This document shows, one piece after another, positions 1 to 8,900 of a stretch of 32,000 nucleotides of DNA. The notes under the pieces were generated by a model, which was not told the origin of the DNA, did no database searches, and saw nothing but the letters and a program-made list of their open reading frames with translations. Position 1 is the first letter of the stretch, and the number at the start of each line of letters is the position of its first letter. The stretch lies in the NCBI GenBank assembly GCA_963843975.1, contig CAWJMG010000003.1, forward strand, positions 1,470,001-1,502,000, written 5' to 3'. Made by a program: the position numbers and the translations under genes. This DNA comes from an uncultured Actinomycetes bacterium (lineage in GTDB: Bacteria; Actinomycetota; Actinomycetes; S36-B12; CAIYMF01).

Positions 1-237
1 TCCTGGCCGATGACGTACTTGTCGAGGAACTCGTAGATCTCGCGCGGCTTGGGCAGCTCGTCGAACTGCAGGTCGCTGGACTCGCTGCAGCTCTTCCTCG
101 ATGATCTCGTTGCAGAGATCGATGCACTCGTCGCAGATGTAGACCCCGGGGCCCGCGATGAGCTTCTTGACCTGCTTCTGGGACTTGCCGCAGAAGGAGC
201 ACTTGAGCAGGTCGCCACCGTCGCCGACGCGTGCCAC
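1..237 (-). CDS. clpX: ClpX ATPase, N-terminal part (runs off window start; one frame break near 87)
   Basis: Minus-strand translation from GTG at 237 gives [50 protein letters not shown], the ClpX zinc ribbon. Beyond ~87 the product continues only in another frame ([28 protein letters not shown]). GAGGAGGA SD upstream. Not in the ORF track because there is no stop in the window. Confidence 0.9.
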   Translation of the reverse strand, partial: MARVGDGGDLLKCSFCGKSQKQVKKLIAGPGVYICDECIDLCNEIIEEELQRVQRPAVRRAAQAARDLRVPRQVRHRPG

Positions 238-369
238 GTGTCCTCCTCGGGTCCGTGCAGGAAATGACGGGGCGCGCCCTGCGCCCGTGCTGATGCCGAC
301 GGTACCCCGTCGAGGGCCGGGACACGCGGCTGGAAACACGCGCGGCGGACCCGTTATGCCGACAGCGCA

Positions 370-400
370 ACGCCCGTCCGACGTGGTGCCGGACGGGCGT
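370..400 (-). terminator. Stem-loop between clpP2 and clpX (11-bp perfect stem acgcccgtccg/cggacgggcgt, 9-nt loop)
   Basis: Inverted repeat read directly from the sequence. It lies just downstream of the clpP2 stop on the minus strand. No U tract, so terminator versus attenuator or processing site is open. Confidence 0.5.
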
Positions 401-448
401 CGTCGCTGGTCAGAGGCCTGTGGCCGCTGTCGGCGCGCGGTGCTCGAA

Positions 449-1096
449 CTAGACGACGGCGGCCTTGCGGCTCGGGATCACCGAGTCGACGATGCCGTAC
501 TCGACGGCCTCGTCGGCCGTGAGGATCTTGTCGCGCTCGATGTCCTTCTTGACCTGCTCCGGGTCGCGCCCGGTGTGCTTGGCGAGGATCGACTCCATCG
601 CCGTACGCATGCGCAGGAGCTCGGCCGCCTGGATCTCGATGTCCGTGCCCTGGCCGCCACCCTCGGTGTACGGCTGGTGGATCAGGACGCGGGAGTTCGG
701 CAGGGCGTAGCGCTTGCCCGGGGTGCCGGCACCGAGGAGCACCGCGGCGGCCGAGGCCGCCTGGCCGAGGCACACGGTGGTGATCTGCGGCTTGACGAAC
801 TGCATCGTGTCGTAGATCGCCGTCATAGCGGTGTACGAGCCGCCGGGCGAGTTGATGTAGATGCTGATGTCGCGGTCGGGGTCCATCGACTCCAGGCACA
901 GGAGCTGTGCCATGACGTCGTCGGCGCTCGCGTCGTCGATCTGCACGCCGAGGAAGACGATGCGCTCCTCGAAGAGCTTGGAGTACGGGTCGTAGCGCTT
1001 GTAGCCCTGGGGCGAGCGCTCCTCGAACTGGGGCAGGACGTAGCGCGCCTGCGGGCCGGGGGCGGTGATGCCCGACGGGGTGAACAGCTGGCTCAT
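449..1096 (-). CDS. clpP2: ATP-dependent Clp protease proteolytic subunit 2
   Basis: 215-aa ORF. ClpP family signature YINSPGGS and Ser-site context [13 protein letters not shown]. It is the second of two tandem clpP genes between tig and clpX. Confidence 0.93.
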   Translation of the reverse strand: MSQLFTPSGITAPGPQARYVLPQFEERSPQGYKRYDPYSKLFEERIVFLGVQIDDASADDVMAQLLCLESMDPDRDISIYINSPGGSYTAMTAIYDTMQFVKPQITTVCLGQAASAAAVLLGAGTPGKRYALPNSRVLIHQPYTEGGGQGTDIEIQAAELLRMRTAMESILAKHTGRDPEQVKKDIERDKILTADEAVEYGIVDSVIPSRKAAVV

Positions 1097-1127
1097 GTCG
1101 TAGGTCTCCGTATCCGTCGGTCGCTGA

Positions 1128-1742
1128 TCAGGCCGTGCCGCCGCCGCCGGGAACGTCCAGTGCGGACGTCACGACGTGGTCGACGATGCCGTACTCCTTG
1201 GCCTCGTCCGCGGAAAACCACTTCTCCCACTCGGAGTCCTCGATGATGCGCTCGACCGGCTGACCGGAGTGGTGCGCGATGAGCTCGGCCATCTGGCGCT
1301 TGATGAGCAGCATCTGCTCGGCCTGCTTCTGCACGAGGCTCTGGACGCCGCCGAGGCCGCCCAGCGGCTGGTGCATCATCACGCGGGCGTGCTTGAGCGC
1401 GTAGCGCTTGTTGGGCGCGCCGGCCGTCAGCAGGAACTGGCCCATCGACGCGCACATGCCGAGCCCGAAGGTGGCCACGTCGTTGGGCACGAACTGCATC
1501 GTGTCGTAGATCGCCATGCCCGCCGAGACGCTGCCGCCCGGGCTGTTGACGTACAGGTTGATGTCGGCCTTGGGATCCTCGGCCGAGAGCAGCAGGAGCT
1601 GACGGACGATCTCGTTCGCCATCTCGTCGCGCACCTCTCCCTCGAGGAAGAGGATCCGCTCACGGAGGAGTCGCTCCTTGATCGAGTCGCCGTAGCCGGT
1701 CACGCCAGCGCCGGGGCCTCGATCGGTCCAGGTACCGCTCAC
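1128..1742 (-). CDS. clpP1: ATP-dependent Clp protease proteolytic subunit 1
   Basis: ClpP motifs YVNSPGGS and [14 protein letters not shown] prefer the internal GTG at 1742 (VSGTWTDRG...), preceded by GGGAGGA SD, over the track start at 1826. Confidence 0.9.
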   Translation of the reverse strand: MSGTWTDRGPGAGVTGYGDSIKERLLRERILFLEGEVRDEMANEIVRQLLLLSAEDPKADINLYVNSPGGSVSAGMAIYDTMQFVPNDVATFGLGMCASMGQFLLTAGAPNKRYALKHARVMMHQPLGGLGGVQSLVQKQAEQMLLIKRQMAELIAHHSGQPVERIIEDSEWEKWFSADEAKEYGIVDHVVTSALDVPGGGGTA

Positions 1743-1801
1743 GGTGGTCCTCCCAGGTAAGTCCGCGTCGTACGTCGTCGCGTGCTCGACCCTAACGACG
1801 A

Positions 1802-1835
1802 AACACCCCCGTGCCATCCCGGGCACGGGGGTGTT
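1802..1835 (-). terminator. Intrinsic-terminator-like hairpin after tig (14-bp stem aacacccccgtgcc/ggcacgggggtgtt, followed by UUU on the minus strand)
   Basis: Perfect inverted repeat 44 nt downstream of the tig stop, with a short T run after it on the transcribed strand. Confidence 0.65.
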
Positions 1836-1878
1836 CGCCGTAGGCGTGACGCGGGCCGCTCAGCGCGACCCGGACGGG

Positions 1879-3244
1879 TCAGTGGTTGTGACCCTCGTGG
1901 TCGTCGTGGTCGTGACCCTCGTGGTCGTGACCCTCGTGGTCGTGGCCCTCGTGGCTGTCGAACTCGGGGACGCCGGCAGTCGCGAGCTCGTTGAGCGCCG
2001 AGAGGTCGATGACCGTGCCCTCGGTGTCGACGATGCGCGCGTGCTCGAGGACGTGGGCGAGCGCCTTGCTGCGACGGACCTCGGAGACCGCGGCGGGCAC
2101 CTGGCCGGCGTTGACGAGCTCCTGGGCGAACTGGTCGGGCGTCATGCCGTAGCGCGGCGCCTGCTGCACGAGCCAGGACGACAGCTCGGCCTCGGAGACG
2201 GCCAGCTCCTCGGTCTCGGCGATCTTGTCGAGCACGAGCTGGCTCTTGAGGCCGTCGCGCGTCTGCGTCTCGACCTCGGCGCGGTGGTCGTCGTCGCCGT
2301 GGCCGTCGGAGAAGTGGTCCTCGACCTGCTGGGCGATGGCGCTCTCGGGCACCGGCACCTCGGTCGCGGCGAGGAGGGCCTCGGCGACCTTCTCGCGGGC
2401 GGCGTAGCCCTGCTCGAGCAGCTTGACGCGGGCGAGGCGGTCGGACAGATCCGCACGCAGCTCCGAGATCGTGTCGAACTCGCTGGCCAGCTGGGCGAAG
2501 TCGTCGTCGGCGGCGGGGAGCTCGCGCTCGCGCACGGTCGAGACCTTCACCGTGACGGTGATGTCCTTGTCGGCGTACTCGCCGCCCTCGGGCGTGAAGG
2601 TGAAGGTGCGCTCGTCGCCTGCGGCAGCGCCCTCGACGGCCTCGTCGAAGCCGGGGAGCATGCCGCCGGTGCCGACCTCGTACGACAGCGCGGTGGCGTC
2701 GAGGTCGTCGACCGAGGTGCCCTCGAAGTCGCCGGACAGGTCGAACAGGATCACGTCGCCGGAGGCGGCGGCGCGCTCGACGGTCTTGAGCGAGCCGAAG
2801 CGGCTGCGCAGGCTGTCGAGCTGGGTGTCGACGTCCTCGTCGGTGACGACGGCCGGGTCGACGACGACCTCGATGGTGTCGTACGCCGGAAGGTCGAACG
2901 CGGGGACGACGTCCATCTCGGCCGTGTACGACAGCGGCGCCGCGTCCTCGAACGTCTGCACGTCGACCTCGGGGCGGCCGAGCGAGCTTGATGTCGTTCT
3001 CGCGCAGTGCGGCGTCGAGGCTCTCGTTGATGGCGTCGTTGACCGCCTCGTCGAGGACCGCGGCACGACCGACGCGCTGGTCGATCACGCGGTTGGGCAC
3101 CTTGCCCTTGCGGAAGCCGGGCACCGAGATCTGCGCGGCGATGCGCTTGTACGCGGCGTCGAGCGAGGGCTTGAGCTCCTCGAACGGCACCTCGACGGTG
3201 AGCTTCACCCGGGTGGGCGACAGGGTCTCGACGGCGCTCTTCAC
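1879..3244 (-). CDS. tig: Trigger factor (frame break near 2981-2988 as sequenced; His/Asp-rich C-terminal tail)
   Basis: N-terminus [50 protein letters not shown] is in the frame of ORF 1739..3244. The rest ([13 protein letters not shown]...[12 protein letters not shown]...) is in the frame of ORF 1879..3066. Span is 1366 nt = 455 codons + 1. Confidence 0.9.
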
Positions 3245-3369
3245 GTGGATCGGTGCTCCTGGGTCGGTACGTGCCGGATCGCGTGCTGCGGTCCGCGGTG
3301 GGTGGTGGTCCGAGTGCAGTGCTGGATCGTGCGGGTCGGGCTCGCCGTGCGGGCCGGGGCCCTGGCTGG

Positions 3370-3442
3370 TCGGGGCGGGGAGACTCGAACTCCCGATCTC
3401 CTGCCCCCAAAGCAGGCGCGCTAGCCACTACGCTACGCCCCG
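3370..3442 (-). tRNA. tRNA-Pro (anticodon UGG); CCA also encoded at 3367-3369
   Basis: A 73-nt cloverleaf folds by hand: acceptor CGGGGCG/CGCCCCG, D stem GCGT/GCGC, anticodon stem CCTGC/GCAGG with loop TT-TGG-GG, T arm GGGAG-TTCGAGT-CTCCC, discriminator A. Confidence 0.92.
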
Positions 3443-3576
3443 CGTGGCGCCCCGATCCTACGGGACGGCGAGCAACCGTCCGACCGCACGGATCCGGTCC
3501 CGCGACCTGCCCGCGGCCCTGTCCGACCGAGGCACCCCTGCCGCTGTGGAATCATGGTCGTCACGGTTCGCCGTAC

Positions 3577-3647
3577 GCGGGTGTAGCTCAATGGCAGAGC
3601 CCCAGCCTTCCAAGCTGGCCATGCCGGTTCGATCCCGGTCACCCGCT
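3577..3647 (+). tRNA. tRNA-Gly (anticodon UCC)
   Basis: A 71-nt cloverleaf folds by hand: acceptor GCGGGTG/CACCCGC, D stem GCTC/GAGC, anticodon stem CCAGC/GCTGG with loop CT-TCC-AA, T arm GCCGG-TTCGATC-CCGGT, discriminator T. CCA is not encoded. Confidence 0.92.
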
Positions 3648-3652
3648 CCGCT

Positions 3653-3701
3653 CGATGCCCTGACCAGCCGCCGGCGAAGCCGGCCCCTGGTCAGGGCATC
3701 G
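3653..3701 (+). terminator. Long hairpin right after tRNA-Gly (15-bp stem cgatgccctgaccag/ctggtcagggcatcg with nested gccggc-gaa-gccggc)
   Basis: Perfect inverted repeat read from the sequence, starting 6 nt after the tRNA 3' end. Confidence 0.6.
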
Positions 3702-3708
3702 TCGCACC

Positions 3709-3725
3709 GCGGGTGACCGGGATCG
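3709..3725. repeat. Inverted 17-nt copy of the tRNA-Gly 3' end (T-loop to acceptor)
   Basis: gcgggtgaccgggatcg is the exact reverse complement of cgatcccggtcacccgc at 3630-3646. Confidence 0.85.
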
Positions 3726-3754
3726 GGAGGAACCCGACGCACCCCCACGACCCC

Positions 3755-3820
3755 CCGCGCCGAAGGCGCCACCTGGTCGTCAGCCCGTGCCCCACCGAGA
3801 CGGACCCGGTCACCACGGCG
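3755..3820. repeat. Direct repeat copy 1 (~66 bp; 46-bp perfect core 3775-3820)
   Basis: The core ggtcgtcagcccgtgccccaccgagacggacccggtcaccacggcg recurs exactly at 3891-3936. The flanks ccgcgccgaaggcgcca / ccgcgccaaggcgccag are near-identical. Confidence 0.9.
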
Positions 3821-3871
3821 TCACAGACCCCGTCCGACCGTGGGCCGGCACCCGCCCCCGCAGACGGGGCG

Positions 3872-3936
3872 CCGCGCCAAGGCGCCAGCCGGTCGTCAGC
3901 CCGTGCCCCACCGAGACGGACCCGGTCACCACGGCG
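3872..3936. repeat. Direct repeat copy 2 (~65 bp; core 3891-3936)
   Basis: Same as copy 1. The offset is 116 bp, which is not a multiple of 3, so this is not a coding repeat. Confidence 0.9.
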
Positions 3937-4004
3937 ACAAGGACGGTGATCGACGGCGGGGCTACCCGACCGCCCCCGAGCTCACCGTCGACCAGACTGT
4001 CCGG

Positions 4005-4601
4005 GTGACCGAGCGGCCCGCACCATCGCGACCCCGGCTCGTCGTCGCGTACGGCACTCACCCCGCCCACGACCTCCTCCGCGCCGAGGCCGCCCGCTTC
4101 CACCACGTGCCCCCCGACCGCATCGTCATCGCCCACGCGTGCCCCCGCTGCGGCAGCGACGAGCACGGCCGCCCGATCCTGCTGCCGACGGCCGCCCTCC
4201 GGAGCCCGGCCCACGTCAGCCTCGCCCGTGCCGGCGACCTGTCCGTGGTCGCCCTCACCGACGCCGGCCCCGTCGGCATCGACCTCGAGCCCGACGGCGC
4301 CGCCGACTTCCCCGGCTTCGACGACGTCGCCCGCCACGCCGACGAACGCGGCACCGACGCGACCGTCTCCTGGGTCCGCACCGAGGCGCTGCTCAAGGCG
4401 CACGGCCTCGGGCTCGTCGTCGACCCGCGAGACGTCAGCATCAACGCCGACGGATCCATCACCTGGGACTCGCCGCACGCACCGCCCGGGCCTGCCTGGC
4501 TGCGCGACCTCGCCGTGCCCGGCCACGTCGCGTCGGTCGTCGTCCTCGCCGATCACGACGTCGCGGACCTGTCCGTCACCGTCGGACCCCCGACGTACTG
4601 A
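4005..4601 (+). CDS. 4'-phosphopantetheinyl transferase, Sfp type (start uncertain)
   Basis: Motifs CPRCGSDEHGRP, VGIDLEP (G-x-D-x-E) and WVRTEALLKAHGLG (W-x-x-x-E-A-x-x-K). GTG 4005 is the only in-frame start downstream of the repeat region. There is no convincing SD. Confidence 0.75.
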   Translation: MTERPAPSRPRLVVAYGTHPAHDLLRAEAARFHHVPPDRIVIAHACPRCGSDEHGRPILLPTAALRSPAHVSLARAGDLSVVALTDAGPVGIDLEPDGAADFPGFDDVARHADERGTDATVSWVRTEALLKAHGLGLVVDPRDVSINADGSITWDSPHAPPGPAWLRDLAVPGHVASVVVLADHDVADLSVTVGPPTY

Positions 4602-4617
4602 GCGCAGCCGGGACGCC

Positions 4618-5919
4618 TCAGCGCGGGGCGACCGGCAAGGCAGGAAGCGGTCGCGCACGCAGCCAGGGATCGAAGAGGTCGGTCAGCGGTTCGCCGACCA
4701 GCTCGGCGGCGAGCGCCTCGAACATCGCGGTCGTGACCGAGCGGTAGCGGTTGCGATCGATCCAGGTGCGGAGCAGGAAGAAGAACCGGTCGTCGCCGAT
4801 CCTCAGACGCAACGCGTGCAGCAGCAGCGCACCCCTCTTGTAGACGCGGTCGTCGAACATGAGGTCGGGCCCCGGGTCCACGAGCAGCAGGTCTTGCGGC
4901 TTGGCGTCCAGCTTCGTCCAGTGGTCGCGGGCACGCGCGTCGGCGGAACGCCCGCCCGACTCCTCGGACCACAGCCACTCGCAGTAGCAGGCGAATCCCT
5001 CGTGCAGCCAGATGTCGCGCCACGACGACACCGTCACCGCGTTGCCGAACCACTGGTGCGACAGCTCGTGCGCAACGAGGCGCACATTGTCCCAGTCGGA
5101 GGTCAGGAAGTTCGACCCGAAGGTCGACATCCCTTGCGCCTCAAGGGGGATGTCCAGCTCGTCCTCAGTGATGACCACCGTGTAGCCGGCGAACGGGTAG
5201 GGACCGAAGAGCCGCCCGAAGAAGTCGAGCATCTCCGGCTGCCGGCCGAACGCCTGGTCGTACCGCGCGAGCTGCGCCTGCGGGAGCACCGCGGTCATCG
5301 GCACCTCGGAGGCAGCCACAGGGCGAACGACGTACCGCCCGATCTGCACGGTGGCGAGATACGTGGCCATCGGCTCGTGCTGCTCGTAGACCCACCGCGT
5401 GGTGCTGGCCGACCGCCACTGGCTGGTGCAGATGCCGTTGGCCACCACGTGGTAGGCGTGGGGGGCCGTGAGCTCGATGCGGTACGTCGCCTTGTCGTCC
5501 GGGCGGTCGTTGCAGGGGAACCACGACGGCGCGCCGTTGGTCTGGCCGGCGACGAGCACGCCGTCGGCGAGCTCCTCCCAGCCGCACTCGTCGTCGCCGT
5601 CGGGCACGGGCCGCGGCCGTCCGTCGTAGGTCACGACCACACGGAACCCTTCGGCCGCCTTGATCGGGCGCCGCGGCGCCACGACCAGGTGGTCGGCGCG
5701 GGCGACGTACTTCGCCGCTGCACCGTCGACCGTCACCTTCGTGACCCGGAGCCCGGAGAGGTCGAGCCTCAGCTGCTTCAGGTCGATGACCGCCTCCGCC
5801 GTCAGCGCCGCCTTGCCGCGGAGCTGGTTGCTCTCGACGTCGTACGACAGCGTGAGGTCGTAGTGCGACACGGCGTACGAACGGTCCCCGCGGTGCGGGA
5901 AGTACTCCGGCGCCTTCAC
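4618..5919 (-). CDS. M1-family zinc metallopeptidase lacking the GxMEN exopeptidase motif
   Basis: HELSHQWFGNAVTVSSWRDIWLHEGFA (HExxH-x18-E). GTG start at 5919 with GGAGGAG SD; GTGA overlap with the upstream synthetase stop. The track ORF 4618..6690 is over-extended. Confidence 0.85.
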   Translation of the reverse strand: MKAPEYFPHRGDRSYAVSHYDLTLSYDVESNQLRGKAALTAEAVIDLKQLRLDLSGLRVTKVTVDGAAAKYVARADHLVVAPRRPIKAAEGFRVVVTYDGRPRPVPDGDDECGWEELADGVLVAGQTNGAPSWFPCNDRPDDKATYRIELTAPHAYHVVANGICTSQWRSASTTRWVYEQHEPMATYLATVQIGRYVVRPVAASEVPMTAVLPQAQLARYDQAFGRQPEMLDFFGRLFGPYPFAGYTVVITEDELDIPLEAQGMSTFGSNFLTSDWDNVRLVAHELSHQWFGNAVTVSSWRDIWLHEGFACYCEWLWSEESGGRSADARARDHWTKLDAKPQDLLLVDPGPDLMFDDRVYKRGALLLHALRLRIGDDRFFFLLRTWIDRNRYRSVTTAMFEALAAELVGEPLTDLFDPWLRARPLPALPVAPR

Positions 5920-8900
5920 TCGTCTCCTCCGCCGTCGACATGTTGCCACGGACCGATCGGGTTGCCGATCCATCGTGTCTTGTCGGGGACGAACTCCCCG
6001 CGCATCACGAGCGACACCGGCCCGACCGTCGCGTGCCGCCCGAGCGTCGCCGCCGGGAGGATGACGCTGTTGGGGCCGAGGGTCGATCCCGTCCGCAGCG
6101 TGACGGTGTCCATGCTGAGCACCCGGTCGTGGAACAGGTGGGTCTGGACCACGCAGCCCTGGTTGACGGTGGCTCCTGCCTGCAGGTGGATGAGGTCGGC
6201 CTCGGGCAGCCAGTACGTCTCGCACCAGACGCCGCGGCCGATCTTGGCACCGAGGGAGCGCAGCCACAGGTTGAGGACCGGCGTGCCCGTCGAGGGCCGC
6301 GCGAACCACGGCGCGGCCACTGCCTCGACGAACGTGTCCGCCAGCTCGTTGCGCCACACGAACGAGCTCCACAGCGGGTGGTCGCCGACACGGAGCCGCC
6401 CGACGAGCGCCCACTTGGCGAGCGTCGTCACGACCGCGGCCACGGTCGCCGCCGCGATGACGACGGGTCCGCTCAGCAGCACCGCCACCCACCAGCCGTA
6501 CGCCGACGCGAGCGCGATCTGCGCGACGACGACACCGAGCCCGACCGCGACTCCGACCATGACGGGGACGAGCCGGCAGAGCTCGACCAGCGCCCGCGCC
6601 ACGACCAAGCGGGTCGGCGGGTCGTACGTGCGGCTCCGGTCCGCCTTCTGCTCCACGCGGCGCAGCTTGGTCGGCGGGCTGCCGAGCCACGACGTGCCGG
6701 CCTTGGCCTTCGTACGGCGCGGCGCCGCGGACAGCACCGCGACGAGCCCCCGCTTGGGCACCTTGCGACCAGGAGCGGCCATGCCGGAGTTGCCCACGAA
6801 CGCATGCTTCCCGATCTCGACGTGCTCAACCCGCAGCCAGCCGCCGCCGAGCTCGTAGCCGCCGAGCAGCGTGTCGTCGGCAAGGAAGGCACCTTCCCGC
6901 ACCGTCGTCAGCTTGGGGATGAGCAGGACGGTCGAGGCCTCGACGCTCGGACCGATGTTCGCGCCGAGCCCGCGCAGCCAGGCCGGCGTGAGCGAGCTGG
7001 AGTAGAGCGGGAAGAGCCAGGTGCGTGCCTCGTCGAGGACGCGGAGGGTCGCCCACGCCTGCCACGCGCGAACTCCGTGCACCGGATGCGCCCCGGGAAC
7101 GAGCCCGATCCCGAGGAGCCGCACGACGAGCCAGATCAGCAGGGCCAGCAGAAGCATGCCGACGACGGTCGCCAGCGGCAGCCAGGCCAGGGCCCTCAGC
7201 GCTGCAGCCGCCACCGAGCCGGCGTCCTTCAGCTGCTGCGCCGCAGGGGCGACCGCCGCCACGGCGGCGATCCCTGGCAGCGAGGCGATGAGCACGGCGA
7301 TCGCCGTGTAGCCGACGACCCACACCGGCCGGTTGAGCGGCCGCTCGGCCCACGGCCCGCGCGCAGTCTTGCGCGGCCGTGCCGGTGCGCCAGCCCAGAG
7401 CTCGCCGGCGGGGACGTCGCCGAAGACGGCTGAGCCGGGCGCGATCTCCGCGCCGGCGCCGATCACCGCGCCCGGCGCGAGCGTGCTGCGCGCCCCGATG
7501 CGCGCGTCGGGGCCGATACCGACGGCGCCGACGCGCAGCAGGTCGCCGTCGAGCCAGTGCCCTGACAGGTCGACCTCGGGCTCGACCGAGCACCCGTCGC
7601 CGAGGACGAGGTGCCCGGTGACCGGCGGCACCGAGTGGAGGTCGACGTGGCGACCGACCGTGGCGCCGAGCAGCCGCGCGTAGAGCCGCATCAGCGATGC
7701 ACCCGCGAGGTTGGCGGCGCCGAGCTCGTCGGCCAGCCGCTCCGCGAGCCACACGCGCAGGTGCACCCAACCGCCGCGCGGGTAGGTGCCCGGGCCGACG
7801 CCGACGAGGATCGCCCGCGCCCCCACCGCGGTGAGCAGCATGCGACCGGGGGCCGACACCAGCAGGAGCCAGGCGACGACGACCACCGCCCAAGGCGCGC
7901 TCGGCAGCCAGGCGACCCCGAACCACTGGGCAGCCGCCGTCGACCCGAGCGCAGCCCAGGTGAGCCATCGCAGCCCGGTGATCGTGCGGAGCGGGATGGT
8001 CAGCAGCACCTGTGCCACCTGGGACCCGCGCGATACGGGGTGAACGGTGCGGTCGACGTACGCCGCCGGTGTCGCGAGCTCGTCGAGCGCGACCGCGAGG
8101 TCGCCGATCCGGGGGTGGTCGTAGACCTCGGCGACGGTGACCTCGGGGTACGTCGCCCGCAGCCGCGACACCAGCTGCGCCGCAGCCAGGCTCCCGCCGC
8201 CCAGGTCGAAGAAGTCGTCCTCGGCGCTCGTGACCGTGGCCCCGAGGATGTCGGCCCAGAGGTCCTGCAGCTGCCCGGCCGTGCCCTCGAGCCGCGTGGA
8301 CTCCGCGATCTCGACGGTGCCGAGCGGCCAGGGCAGGGCGTCGCGGTCGATCTTGCCGGAGGTGCGGGTGGGCAGCGTGTCGACCTGTGCCAGACGAGGG
8401 ACGAGGGCCGCGGGCATCGTTGCCCGAAGGGTCGCGACCGCAGCCGCCGGGTCGAACTCGTCGGTGGTGGCGACGTAGCCGACGAGCAGCGCGTTGCCCG
8501 ACCCGGTGCGCCGAACCGCCGCCGCAGCGCCGGTCACGCCGGGGAGCGCCAGCAGGGCGCTGTCGATCTCGCCGAGCTCGATGCGCCGGCCGCCGACCTT
8601 GACCTGGTCGTCGGCGCGTCCGAGGAAGAGCAGGCCCTCCTCCTCGTAGCGGACGAGATCACCGCTGCGGTAGGCGCGGTCCCAGCCCAGCGTGGGCATG
8701 GGGGCGTACTTCTCCGCGTCCTTCACCGGGTCGAGGTACCGCGCGAGGCCGACGCCGCCGATGATCGAGCTCGCCGGTGCCGCCGGGCTCCACCTGGACG
8801 CCCGACTCGTCGACCACGGCGAGGTCCCAGCCGTCGAGAGGCAGCCCGATCCGCACCGGTGGCTCGCCCGTCAGCCGGGCACCGCAGGCCACGACCGTGG

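Noticed and set aside
158-1246. Long plus-strand ORF (362 aa) across clpP2/clpP1, and similar ORFs such as 1744..2991, 4228..6858, 5940..7433, 7611..8993, 15783..18329, 23801..26413 and 26161..28428
   Set aside because: These lie antisense or out of frame to genes with clear family motifs. Their products are Arg/Ala/Gly/Pro-rich low-complexity strings, typical of stop-poor shadow frames in very GC-rich DNA.
1743-1801. Possible ClgR-type operator upstream of clpP1 (ccgcgtcgtacgtcgtcgcg region)
   Set aside because: The palindrome is imperfect, and I cannot match it confidently to the ClgR consensus from memory.
1739-3244. 501-aa ORF taken at face value as an intact trigger factor
   Set aside because: Only its first ~87 residues are trigger factor. 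The rest is out-of-frame Arg-rich sequence that happens to lack stops, and the genuine continuation is in ORF 1879..3066.
1879-3936. Possible CRISPR array (short tandem repeats at 1880-1960 and the 116-bp-period repeats at 3755-3936)
   Set aside because: The first set is an in-frame coding repeat in the tig His-rich tail. The second has only two copies of ~65 bp. There is no repeat-spacer periodicity and there are no cas genes.
3713-4008. ORFs 3713..3949 and 3787..4008, which encode the recurring peptide VVSPCPTETDPVTTA
   Set aside because: The peptide recurs only because of the 116-bp DNA repeat. That period is not a multiple of 3, so the two copies are read in different frames. There is no SD and the composition is not coding-like.
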